Assembly (NCBI GenBank): GCA_963715985.1
Contig: CAVQSP010000021.1
Coordinates: 32,001 to 96,000 of the forward strand
Direction: 5' to 3'
Source: an uncultured Thermoleophilia bacterium
GTDB lineage: Bacteria; Actinomycetota; Thermoleophilia; UBA2241
DNA length: 64,000 bases
In this document: one piece after another, positions 50,478-60,109 of the stretch
Layout of the letters: every line of letters starts with the position of its first letter
Position numbering within the stretch: position 1 is the stretch's first letter
Made by a program: the position numbers and the translations under genes
The notes under the pieces: generated by a model
Seen by the model: the letters and a program-made list of their open reading frames with translations, nothing else
What the model was told of the DNA's origin: nothing
Database searches by the model: none

Positions 50478-50649
50478 AGCACCTTCGCCCCGTGCGCCTG
50501 CCGCCAGGCGGCGGTGGCGTCGAAGAGCGGGCCGGGCCGGACGAAGATGACCGCCGCATGGCGCGGTGCACCTGCGGCGCCCCGCGCGAAGGCTCGACCA
50601 AGTCGTTGCCCGAGGTGAGGAGCACAGCGTCGAGCTTCGGCCCTTCGGC
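50478..50649 (-). repeat. DUF2075 3'-end remnant 1 (mosaic)
   Basis: 50478-50557 reads AAVIFVRPGPLFDATAAWRQAHGAKVL; 50600-50649 matches 56121-56170; 50563-50588 matches 56379-56404 (22/26). Confidence 0.9.
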
Positions 50650-50679
50650 CTTGCGATCGCTCTTGACGTGTCCACGTTC

Positions 50680-50729
50680 GTGAGCAGAATTTCTCAGGGT
50701 ACTGAGTAAATTGTAAACTACCTGCTCAC
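50680..50729. promoter_or_regulatory. Nested inverted repeat (probable operator) upstream of the AAA ATPase
   Basis: gtgagcag-aatttctcag-ggta-ctgagtaaatt...ctgctcac. Confidence 0.6.
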
Positions 50730-50733
50730 GGGC

Positions 50734-51906
50734 ATATTTGAACGATCCATTGTCTCCATTCTCGTTGACCGCCTCGGCGATGAGCGTCGCTTCGTGCAGG
50801 CGCTTCTCGGGCCGCGGCAGGTGGGCAAGACAACTGCCGTGTTGCAGTCTCGCGCCAAGCTCGAGGCACGCGGAGTCGGCTTCGTTCTCGCCTCAGGTGA
50901 CGAACCGCTGCTGCCTGGGCCGGCGTGGGTCGACCAGCAGTGGGAGACGGCGCGTGCGTTGGCATCCACCGGCCCGGTCGTCCTGGCCCTCGATGAGATC
51001 CACAAGTTGCCCGGCTGGGCCGGTCGCGTCAAGGCGAACTGGGATAGGGACACGCGAGATGGGACGGACGTGCGTCTCGTCGTGCTGGGCTCATCTCCGC
51101 TTCTTGTTGGGCGACGCCTGGAGGAGTCACTCGCCGGACGCTTTGAGGTCGTCCCGGCGACGCACTGGCGGTGGACGGAGTGTCGAGACGCGTTCGGGTG
51201 GGACGTGGAGACCTTTGTGTTCTTCGGAGGGTACCCGGGAGCCGCGCCGCTCATCGACGACTTCGCACGCTGGCGCCGCTACGTGCTGGATGCTCTCATT
51301 GAGACGACGGTGACGCGGGACGTGCTCTCGCTCGGGCGCATCGACAAGCCCGCGTTGCTGCGCCAACTGTTCTACCTGACCTGTGAGCTCTCCGGCCAGG
51401 TCGTCTCGTACTCCAAGCTCCTGGGACAGCTGCACGATGCCGGCAACACCACCACGCTGGCGCACTACCTCCACCTGCTGGAGGAGGTCTGGCTGGCGTG
51501 CGGCGTGCCGAAGTACTCGGGGTCGGTGGTCCGCAAACGCTCCTCCAGCCCGAAGCTCCTGGTGCTGGACACGGCTCTCATGAGTGCCGTCAAGGGTCTG
51601 ACGTTCGAGCAAGCCCGCGGCGATGCGGACTACTGGGGAAGGCTGGTTGAGACTGCGGCCGGTGCTCACCTCATGGCGCAGGCGCAGGTGGCGCCCAGGC
51701 GCGTCATGTACTGGCGGGAGCGAGACCTCGAGGTGGACTACGTTGTCGAGGAGCTTGGGCGACTCAGCGCCGTCGAGATCAAGAGCGGCCGCGAGCGCGA
51801 GGGATCTCGTCGCGGTCTCGACGCCTTTCTGGCCCGCCATGCCGCCGCGGACGTCCGCCTCGTCGGCCCCGGCGGCACTCCCCTCGAGCAGTTCCTCGCG
51901 GAGTGA
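50734..51906 (+). CDS. AAA_14 ATPase with DUF4143 C-terminal domain
   Basis: GPRQVGKTT, LDEIHK, LGSS, ESLAGR, GGYP, EVDYV, AVEIKSG; the apparent start reads ATA. Confidence 0.9.
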   Translation: MFERSIVSILVDRLGDERRFVQALLGPRQVGKTTAVLQSRAKLEARGVGFVLASGDEPLLPGPAWVDQQWETARALASTGPVVLALDEIHKLPGWAGRVKANWDRDTRDGTDVRLVVLGSSPLLVGRRLEESLAGRFEVVPATHWRWTECRDAFGWDVETFVFFGGYPGAAPLIDDFARWRRYVLDALIETTVTRDVLSLGRIDKPALLRQLFYLTCELSGQVVSYSKLLGQLHDAGNTTTLAHYLHLLEEVWLACGVPKYSGSVVRKRSSSPKLLVLDTALMSAVKGLTFEQARGDADYWGRLVETAAGAHLMAQAQVAPRRVMYWRERDLEVDYVVEELGRLSAVEIKSGREREGSRRGLDAFLARHAAADVRLVGPGGTPLEQFLAE

Positions 51907-51913
51907 GCTCGAG

Positions 51914-51978
51914 CTACTGCAGCACCTTCGCCCCGTGCGCCTGCCGCCAGGCGGCGGTGGCGTCGAAGAGCGGGCCGG
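51914..51978 (-). repeat. DUF2075 3'-end remnant 2
   Basis: GPLFDATAAWRQAHGAKVLQ*; 51921-51978 identical to 50478-50535. Confidence 0.93.
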
Positions 51979-52084
51979 CTCCGGACGGGCGGCGGGGCGC
52001 GCGGGGCACGCAGGATGCGTGCCGATCGCGCCCCGCCGCCCGGTCAGGAAACGCCCCCCGGCTTCTTGTCCGGGCTCGTCACGC

Positions 52085-53549
52085 TCACGGCATCTGCGCC
52101 GGGAGCCCCTTGGCCAGGTTGTAGTCGGTCGTCGCGCGCTCGCCCGAGAACGCCGTCAGGTTGGCGATCGCCTGCGCCTGGTTCGTCGACCACAGCGACG
52201 CGGCCGTGCTCTCCACGCCCGCAGCCTGCGCCAGCGTCGCGTTGAAGAACCCGTCGTAGGTGCTGCGGACCAGCCCGATGTAGTGCTTGTAGCGCAGCTC
52301 GCCGCCCACGGTGCCCTGCTTGTCGAGGCTATCGGCGACGGCCTTGAAGGCGCCGAAGGCCGTCTTGTTCGCCCACACGGACGGCACGCTCGTGATGCTG
52401 TCGTAGAACGGGGTGAGCCCGCTGGAGCAGGCGCGCGAGGGCGCGAACCAGAGCACGCCGCCCACGCCGTCCGGCAGCCAGCTGCGCGCCTGGAACACCG
52501 CCGAGTAGTCGTTCCACGCGCAGCAGATGGGCCTGTCGGTCATGGCGTGCGGGGTCATCGTGGTGTAGCCGTTGGTCTGGTCGAGCGCGGTGCCCTCGTA
52601 GTGATAGCGATTGACCGCGACGATGCCGCTCACAGTGAGCCTGGTGTCTGCCGTCATGAACACCGGTCGCGTGGCGTAGGGCATGGACACGTCGAACGTC
52701 CGCGAGGACGAGAGCACGTGCGCCGCGCCCCACAGGCGGTTGGTGTTGTACCAGTTCTGGAGATCGTCGCGATTGCCGTAGGCCCAGGCGACGTCGAAGG
52801 GACCCTGGCTCGGGTCGTACAGGCCGAGGCTCTGCGCGAAGGTGACGAGGTCTGCGGAGCCGCGGAAGTTGTTCGTGTCGCTGAGGTCGACCTGGCGGAT
52901 GCGCGGCATGTTGGGCTGCGCGTAGTACATGGTGTCGGGCACGCGCGCCGCCGCCCAGTGATGGCCGCCGAGCACCTCGACCGCCCACGCCTCGTTCTCG
53001 TCGATCATGCCGAAGCTGCCGGCCGCGTCGCCGCTGAAGCCGATGGTGTTGCCCCACTGGGCCAGCAGGTCGAGCGCCTGGCGGCAGGTGGCGGACTTGG
53101 CGAGGAGCTGGTCCCACATGTCCTTGCCGACGCCCTTGTTGGGATACGGGTCGGCGGCCTCGGCGACCGGGTTCAGTTCGGTGGCGACCCCGTAGCAGGC
53201 GGCGAACTGGCGCGTGTTGATGCCGCCCTCCGGGACGTTGCCGGAGGCGTTCAGCTTCACGAAGCCGTAGGTGGTGGAGGTCGCCGGGACGATCTCCAGC
53301 GGCACGTGGGTGTTGGCCGTCCAGTCGTTGTTGTAGCTCATGAGCACGGAGCCGTCGGCCGTGGCGCGCTTGCCGGCCAGCACGAACATGCAACGCTGAT
53401 GCGGCGAGCCTGCGGCCGCCGCCCCTTGGCTGGGCCGCCGCCTGGTCGTGCCAGACGGCGGCGCCGCCGACGGCGGCCGCCAGCAGCGCCAGCAGCAGGA
53501 GCAGGAGGAGCGGGTGGCGGACGAGTGGTGTGCGCGCCAGCGGTCTCAT
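52085..53549 (-). CDS. Secreted C69-family dipeptidase (Ntn hydrolase; frameshift near 53400)
   Basis: signal peptide; mature N-terminus C-MFVLAGKRATADGS; EVLGGHHWAAARVPD, YNTNRLW. Confidence 0.85.
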
Positions 53550-53740
53550 CGATGGAACCTCCCCGAAGGCGTCTCGGTCGCCGCTGTCCCCTCAGAAGGC
53601 GGCGCCGACTCTGCACGTCGCCTATCGGATTCGGCGCGCGGAGGAACTGAGTACACCGCGTTGTCTGATCAGACGCGAGGCCTTCCGCGTGGTCCTGGTG
53701 GTCGCCCGGGCAGGCTCGCCGGCAGCGAGACGGGCGGCGC

Positions 53741-53784
53741 TCAGGCGAGCTGTTTGACCCCGTGCGCCTGCAGCCAAGCGGCGG
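53741..53784 (-). repeat. DUF2075 3'-end remnant 3
   Basis: reads AAWLQAHGVKQLA*. Confidence 0.8.
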
Positions 53785-53809
53785 GACCGTCCAGCTTCCC
53801 CGGACTTCG

Positions 53810-54454
53810 TCACCAGGTCGCGGGCTTCGCGAGTCTTCTCCCGTCGGCCGCCGGCACGGGATCGGGCAGCAGATGCCCGGGCAGGCTTCTGGGGCTGATC
53901 TTGAAGAGGGCGTCGGCGTGACTACGGAAGGCCTGGTTGGACCGATAAGGAGGGAAGAGGCAGTAGAGCTTGAGCTCCGGTCGCAGCCGGCGCGCCGCAT
54001 CGAGGGCCGGCAGAAGATCGGTATCGCCAGACACGAGTGTGAGCGCGGCACAGTCCCGTTGAGCCGCGGACTCGACTATGGCGGCGGCGATCGCGACGTC
54101 CGTTTCCTTCTCCTCGTGCCGCCTGAGGAGCACCTCGCAGGTCCGGGAGCGGTAGCGGATGTCCTTGGACTTGAACACGCCCAGATGCGGTGTGACGCCG
54201 GTCGTGCGCAGGGCGTCGATGTAGCGCTCGTGACGGGCAACGGTGCCGGGGCGTTTGCGCTCCAAGTGATGGGCCAGTGCGCTGAAGTAGTCGGATATGC
54301 TCGAGTCTGGCCCGGGTCGATGGCTGAAGTGCCGAGCGGCAGAGCGACCTCAGGTCCAGCCAGCGGCAGTCGACGCCGGACTTCTCGCCGGGTCTCCGCG
54401 CATGGAATGGTAGACGTTGAAGCCATCCACCACGAAGCGGACAGTAGTTGACAT
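53810..54454 (-). CDS. NYN (LabA/DUF88 PIN-like) nuclease 1 (frameshifts at 54260-54400)
   Basis: FVVDGFNVYHS, YYFSA, EEKETDVAIA, VSGDTDLLP, C-terminal KPATW. Confidence 0.85.
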
Positions 54455-54461
54455 TGGCCCC

Positions 54462-54530
54462 CGAGAAGAAGAAGCCCCCGGGACCGTAGCCCCGGGGGGA
54501 CCAGGAAGCCGGAGCCTCGCTGGCGATGAC
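54462..54530 (-). ncRNA. Candidate leader RNA with two UNCG hairpins before NYN 1
   Basis: TTGACT-N17-CAGCAT promoter (54565-54537); ccagcgaggc-UCCG-gcttcctgg; cccccggggc-UACG-gtcccggggg followed by cttcttcttc. Confidence 0.45.
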
Positions 54531-54623
54531 TCGTTCATGCTGCCACCGTGGCCGGTGGCAGTCAATGCGCAGAGCCAGAGTGCCGGTTGACGTTCGCGAA
54601 GGTCGGCTGCGGACGGGTCGTGC

Positions 54624-54670
54624 CCAGCACCTTCACCCCGTGCGCCTGCAGCCAGGCGGCGGTGGCGTCG
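54624..54670 (-). repeat. DUF2075 3'-end remnant 4
   Basis: reads DATAAWLQAHGVKVL; matches 55900-55946. Confidence 0.9.
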
Positions 54671-54697
54671 TCGCTTTGACAGCCCACCGGCACGCAC

Positions 54698-55050
54698 CTA
54701 AACTGACCTTGGTCGGGTATTGCGTAGCGGTCCCCGGCCACTTTCTTTGGGCAAGACGACCAGCCCCGCGCCCTGCCATTGACCTGATGGGCCGTGGCGC
54801 AGCTTCTTGCGGACCACCTCCAGGTCAGGCTTGGGTTCCATCCCAGCGACCCAACGGCCGAGAGGCGTGACGACGAGGTCGGCGATCTCGAGTCCGGCTC
54901 CCCCGCTTGCTTTGGTCTCGAACTCGAAGGATGCGACGCGGCGGCGGAGGACATCTGGCCTGACGTAGCGAGTGCCGTTCAGGCGCAGCATGTCCCAGGC
55001 GACGGTGAGTTCGCGATCGAGCCGTTGGGTGCGTGGCTCCACGTGGACGC
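54698..55050 (-). pseudogene. C-terminal fragment of a DUF3800-like protein with a 3' stem-loop
   Basis: GLEIADLVVTPLGR motif; the N-terminal Y.DESG region is absent; ggccggg-gaccgctacgcaata-cccgacc hairpin at 54711-54739. Confidence 0.6.
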
Positions 55051-55144
55051 GGCAGCACCGGCCACGAGGCGGCACGGTGACAGGTGAGAGGTAGACGATG
55101 CGCGGCGCCGCTTGACCGGGCGCTCGTGCCGGGCATAATGAATC

Positions 55145-55205
55145 CACTGTTCCCGCGCTCCGGCGCGGGCCGCGAAGCCGCCTCCGGGCGGCTTCTGCTT
55201 TTCTC
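55145..55205 (+). ncRNA. Candidate leader RNA with two UNCG hairpins before NYN 2
   Basis: TTGACC...CATAAT promoter (55112-55139); cccgcgc-UCCG-gcgcggg; gaagccgcc-UCCG-ggcggcttc followed by tgcttttct. Confidence 0.45.
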
Positions 55206-55231
55206 CAGCGAACGTCAACTGAGGGGATGAC

Positions 55232-55885
55232 GTGGATTCAGGCCGTCTGCGCACCGGCGTGTACATCGACGGCTTCAACTTCTACTACGCCTCGTTCAGG
55301 CGCGCAGGTTTCGCGGCGTACAAGTGGCTGGACCTGGTGAGGTTCTGCGACGTCGCACTGCCGCGTAACCATGTCGAGTTCGTGCGCCTGTTCACTGCGC
55401 TACTCGACCCAGCGCGGGGGAGGGGGGCCCAGCGTGCGCGTCAAGACGCCTACCTCGCGGCCCTGGCGACGCTACCGCGGCTCTCGGTGCACTACGGCGA
55501 GTTTGCAGAGCACTCTCGGAGGCTCCGCCTGGTCCGTCCACGCCCCGGCGGGCCCGCCACTGCAGAGGTGTGGGTGCCGGAGGAGAAGGGATCGGACGTC
55601 AATCTGGCGTCGCATCTTCTGCTCGACGGCTTCCGCGACGCTTGCGATGTCGCCGTAGTCGTGTCCAACGACGCCGATCTTCTCGAACCGGTCAGGATCG
55701 CGCGAGACGAGCTCGGTAAGACGGTCGGTGTGCTGAGAGTGGAGGGTGGTCAAAGGAAGTGCATCTTCGGGGGCCGAGTCGATTTCGTCCGCACCGTGCG
55801 ACACGCGCACTTCGCTGCGGCTCAGCTTCCCACAACGGTGCGAGATAGGCGTGGTCGGCTCATTGCGAAGCCGGCCGAGTGGTGA
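55232..55885 (+). CDS. NYN (LabA/DUF88 PIN-like) nuclease 2
   Basis: VYIDGFNFYY, KWLDL, EEKGSDVNLA, VSNDADLL, C-terminal KPAEW. Confidence 0.92.
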   Translation: MDSGRLRTGVYIDGFNFYYASFRRAGFAAYKWLDLVRFCDVALPRNHVEFVRLFTALLDPARGRGAQRARQDAYLAALATLPRLSVHYGEFAEHSRRLRLVRPRPGGPATAEVWVPEEKGSDVNLASHLLLDGFRDACDVAVVVSNDADLLEPVRIARDELGKTVGVLRVEGGQRKCIFGGRVDFVRTVRHAHFAAAQLPTTVRDRRGRLIAKPAEW

Positions 55886-55894
55886 GGTACCGGC

Positions 55895-57060
55895 CTACTC
55901 CAGCACTTTCACCCCGTGCCCCTGCAGCCAGGCGGCGGTGGCGTCGAAGAGCGGGTCGGGCGGGACGAAGATCACTGCCGCGTCACGCCCCCGCGTCAGC
56001 AGCACCCGATAGGCGTTGACCCGCAGCCGGTACGGGTCCTTGACGTGCGAGGCACGCGCGTGGCGCTTGGCGTACTCGTTTGTCCAGGCCTCGCGGCCGT
56101 GCCGATCGGCGGCGCGGACGAAGTCGTTGCCCCAGGCGAGGAGCACGGCGTCGAGCTCCAGGCCCTGGGCGCCGAACTCGGTGACGCACTGCGTGAGGGT
56201 GCGGCAAGAGCGCTGGTCGCCGTCGCCCTCGCCGTACCACGGGCCGAGCTGGAGGCGCTGCGTGGCGTGCCAGCCGTTGGGGATGCCCCAGTGCGTCTCC
56301 AGGACCTTGTCGCGGGAGGAGGCGAGGAGGCCGTAGCGGGCGTCCGGCGCCTCGGCGTAGCGGTCGTAGAGATAGTGTGCGGTGTGCCTGCGGCGCCCCA
56401 CACGTTGGCCAGACTACGTCGGCTAATCGTTGGCGACGTCGAGGTCGCGCGTCATGCGCAGGTGGTAGCCGTCCTTCTCGAGGCTGGCGGCGAGCTCGCG
56501 ACCGTGCACCGGGTCGTCGCCGTCGAGCAGGAGGTCGACCCACTGGTCGAGGTCGTCGGCGAAGTGGAAGCGCAGCTCGACGGTGAGCTCGAGGGCCGCG
56601 TGCGACTGCGTCCGCGCGGCCAGCTTCCTGCCTTCCGCATCGTCACCGCTGAAGAACTCGCGCAGCACCGCCTCCGGCGCGTGCACGGTCCAGCCGCCCG
56701 GGTCGCCGGCCTTCTCCAGTGCCGTGCGCCACTGCCCGAGGCCGGCCTCCTCGCCCACGTGGATTTCCTGCCCTGAGCCGATGAGCCCCACGAGCACGCA
56801 CCAGCCGGGGATGCGCTCGCCGAAGTCCACGAACGCCTCGGGCTCGCTCTTGGGGAACGGCAGGCTGTGCTTGGCCGTGAACTGCTCGAGGTCCCAGGCG
56901 CGCTGCGCCTCGTCGTAGACGATGACGTGCTGCGGCGGCACCGCTTTGGTGTCCCCGAGGTACTGCTTCACGTAATTCTTGACGTCGCGGAGATTGCTGT
57001 CCCCGAGGTACTGCTTCACGTAGTTCTTGACGTCGCGGACGAAAGTCTTGCCACCGCCAC
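55895..57060 (-). pseudogene. DUF2075 (Schlafen group 3-like helicase) C-terminal part, 5'-truncated and interrupted
   Basis: VYDEAQRAWD, GSGQEIH.GEE, RYGLLASS, TEFGAQGLELD, NAYRVLLTRGRD; Walker A region missing; ~50-bp insert with a stop at 56376-56425. Confidence 0.85.
56951..57039. repeat. In-frame tandem duplication with 48-bp period inside DUF2075
   Basis: [13 protein letters not shown] occurs twice; the 41-bp units differ at one base. Confidence 0.9.
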
Positions 57061-57135
57061 AACCTGGCCGGGTGGTGGGGGAGCGTCGCCCGCCGTGTTG
57101 TGGGTGCCGTCTCTCTGTCGTGTCATAATCGTCGC

Positions 57136-58213
57136 GTGGCTTCCTTCCGCTTCATCGACCTCTTTGCCGGCATAGGCGGCATGCGTCTTGGCTTTGAGCC
57201 CGTCGGTGGTCGGTGCGTCTTCACCAGTGAGTGGAACGAGAAGGCCCAGCAGACCTACCGCTCGAACTTCGGTGATGAGGAGATTGCGGAGACATCACCC
57301 AGATTCCCGCCGAAGACATCCCGGCTCACGAAGTTCTGCTTGCCGGCTTCCCCTGTCAGCCCTTCTCCATAGCGGGCGTTTCCAAGAAGAACGCCTTGGG
57401 CGCGTCGCCACGGCTTCTGTATCCCACGCAGGGCACGCTCTTCTTCGATGTGGCGCGCATCATCGCCCATCATCAGCCGAAGGCGTTCCTGCTCGAGAAC
57501 GTCAAGAACCTGACGTCTCATGATCGCGGGAACACCTTCCGGGTGATTCTGAACACCCTTCAGAAGGAGCTTGGCTACTCCATCACTTGGCGAGTAGTCG
57601 ACGCGAAGGGGTTTGTGCCCCAGCATCGAGAGCGCATCCTGATTGCGGGATTCCGTGAACCGTCTGACTTCGGTTTCGACATAGTTGACATTCCAGATCC
57701 TGATTCTGGGCCCCGGCTGCCGATCTATCCTCATCCGGAGAACGGCACCGAGCCCGTCGAGCCGCGGTACACCAGGGGCGACAACGCCACGGTGCTCGAC
57801 AAATACACTCTTACTCCTGGACTTTGGGACATCTGAGGGCTAGACGCGGCCAAGCATCGCGCAAAGGGCAATGGCTTCGGGTTTGGACTGGTGGGGCCGG
57901 ACGACGTTGCTCGTACCCTGTCTGCCCGCTACTACAAGGATGGATCGGAGATTCTGGGTCCGCCGCGACCCCGATCGGCCGCGCCGTCTCACCCCGCGAG
58001 AATGTGCCCGTTTGATGGGCTTCGACCGAGCCGAGCGGGAACCGTTCGTCATCCCTGTTGTCTGACACACAGGCCTACCGGCAGTTTGGCAACGCGGTCG
58101 TCGTACCAGTCATTGGGGCGGTAGCTGCGGCGATGGCACCGTTCGTCACTGACGGCAACACGCTAGGCCTGTTGGCGCGTCGAGCCGTCGTCCCTGAGCA
58201 GCTCTTCGTTTGA
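57136..58213 (+). CDS. dcm: DNA cytosine-5 methyltransferase, Dcm-like (multiple frameshifts)
   Basis: [57 protein letters not shown]; CATAAT -10 just upstream of the GTG. Confidence 0.9.
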
Positions 58214-58232
58214 GCGCACGCGGCAGCCGGCC

Positions 58233-58705
58233 GTGACTGATATCACCTCTCCTGAGAAGCGCAGCCGGATGATGTCGACCATCCGCGGGAAGAACACGCG
58301 CCCGGAGATGATGGTGTGACGTGCGCTGTTTGAACGTGGCTTTCGCTATCGGTTGCACGCACGGTGCCTGCCCGGAACGCCTGATCTGGTTTTCGCTCGC
58401 TTTCGAGCTGCAGTCTTCGTTCACGGGTGTTTCTGGCATGGTCACGATTGCTCGTATTTCCGATGGCCGGCGACCCGACCAGAGTTCTGGCGGGCAAAGA
58501 TCACGAGGAATCAGGCAGTGGATCAGGTCGCGCGTCTGGCCCTTCGTGAGTCAGGCTGGAGGGTATTGACTGTGTGGATGCGCGCTCCGAGATTGCTCTG
58601 ATGAACAGAGACAGGCCGTGTACGACGCCGCGGCTGACTGGCTGCGCGGCGACACGGCCGAGCTGCGAGCTCGAAGGCGACCTCGGGGGGGAGAATCCAG
58701 AATGA
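58233..58705 (+). CDS. vsr: Very short patch repair endonuclease (in-frame TGA and frameshift, probably errors)
   Basis: DITSPEKRSRMMSTIRGKNTRPE, LPGTPDLVF, FVHGCFWHGHDC, GWRVLTVW. Confidence 0.88.
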
Positions 58706-60037
58706 ACGAGACCCTTAACTCTGGACAACCTGATGGCGATGTTGCGCGAGAGGGGGTGTCTCCGCGTGTTTGCAAAGCCGCTGGCCGCCAACGACAACTC
58801 CAAGAACCAAGTGTACTTCGGCGGAGGGTTTCACGCGCTGAACGTAGTCCCTTACGGAGACGCACTTGCGTCGCGATCGGGCAAAGGCACCGTCTTCAAG
58901 GCGCCTGTGGATTTCTGGTGGCTCTCGTCTGATGGGAAGGCGTGCCAAGCACCGGGCGCACAGCTGATTCTCTATCCTCAGTACCCCGAAGTCCGCTTCT
59001 CGGGCTTCCTCCATGGCTGTTCGGAAGCGCCCTCCAGCCTCATGGCCTCTCGGGAGGAGGGCAGAGTCCTTGTGTTCGGCACTCGGAGTGACGGGCGTGT
59101 CTTTGCGTGGGTGGGATCCAGCGAGTCGGCTGTTGCACGGAACCTGGCGAAGCGACGGCGATTGGGCTACTTCAGGGGAACCGGTGTTTTCGAGGAGCTG
59201 CCCGGGCAGAGACCTTCGTCGGAGGTGCCGGCCTTGAGGTGCAACTGTTGAGGAGCTCGGACGTATTCACAGACTCGGTGGATCGAGGCGAAGCGTCTGC
59301 GCGCAGAATGGGAATACAAGTGTCGTGCCTGGTCGGAACTCCGGCGGGAGTACGCTGAGGCAGAGCTCGGAGTTGCGGCGAACAGCGTGGTGGGGCCCGA
59401 CTTCCTCGGCTATGAGGTCAAGCAGTACAAGGTCAGCAACTTCAGCCGCCCGTCGTCTGGAGGGCCCATCACCCTGATGACGCCTGAGCCGACAGGTGGA
59501 CTGTACCGGGATGAGGGCGTCGAAGCGTTTGTGCGGATCTACGGCTACCCGGACAAGAGCCGCAGACCGGATCGCATCAACTTCGGCGGTGTTCACCGAG
59601 CCCGCACAAGAAGGTGGATGTGTAACGAACGGGACTGACGCTGACGCTCGTGGGCTGGGACTCCGAGCGAGGTCTCATCGTCGATGCCCAAGGAGGAATC
59701 GCACTTCTGGATGATGATCTCACGGTGGCGGCCATCTGGTACTACTCTGGTTGATTTCCCACTGGAACAAGAAGCACGACCGAGCTGTTTACGTCCCGTC
59801 GATGAGATCCGCCCCGGAACCCGCCCGATACCGCTATGGGGATCTCGTGCGGATGAGAAGGAGCCGATTTCCTCCGGGTCCTGAAGGCATTCGATTCTGG
59901 AGCCCTACTGCTCGATCCTGGCATCAAGGTGGAGAGCGCCGTACAGCGCCCAAGGTCAAGCGGCGGAGTCAGTTTCCGTCCAGTCAGCTGACGTGGGCGC
60001 CTTGTATGAGTCCATGAGGACGGTAGGCGTTCTCTAG
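58702..60037 (+). CDS. MvaI/BcnI-family restriction endonuclease (many frameshifts)
   Basis: LAANDNSKNQVYFG, LILYPQYPEVRFSGFL, PDFLGYEVKQ, ITLMTPEPTGG, DRINFGG, HWNKKH.RAVYVP. Confidence 0.75.
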
Positions 60038-60109
60038 CACAGGCCCCGTCTACCCCCGGTCCTTTCTTCCCCTCCCCTTCGTCAACCGTATTAGAATCCC
60101 CATAGGATC

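Noticed and set aside
50478-55950. CRISPR array or classical integron as the explanation for the repeats
   Set aside because: Spacing is 0.9-1.8 kb, the repeats are protein-coding gene ends without attC palindromes, and no cas or intI gene is visible.
58317-58319. In-frame TGA in vsr as selenocysteine or recoding
   Set aside because: It falls where Vsr normally has Arg (CGA), in an error-rich region; TGA serves as a stop throughout the window.
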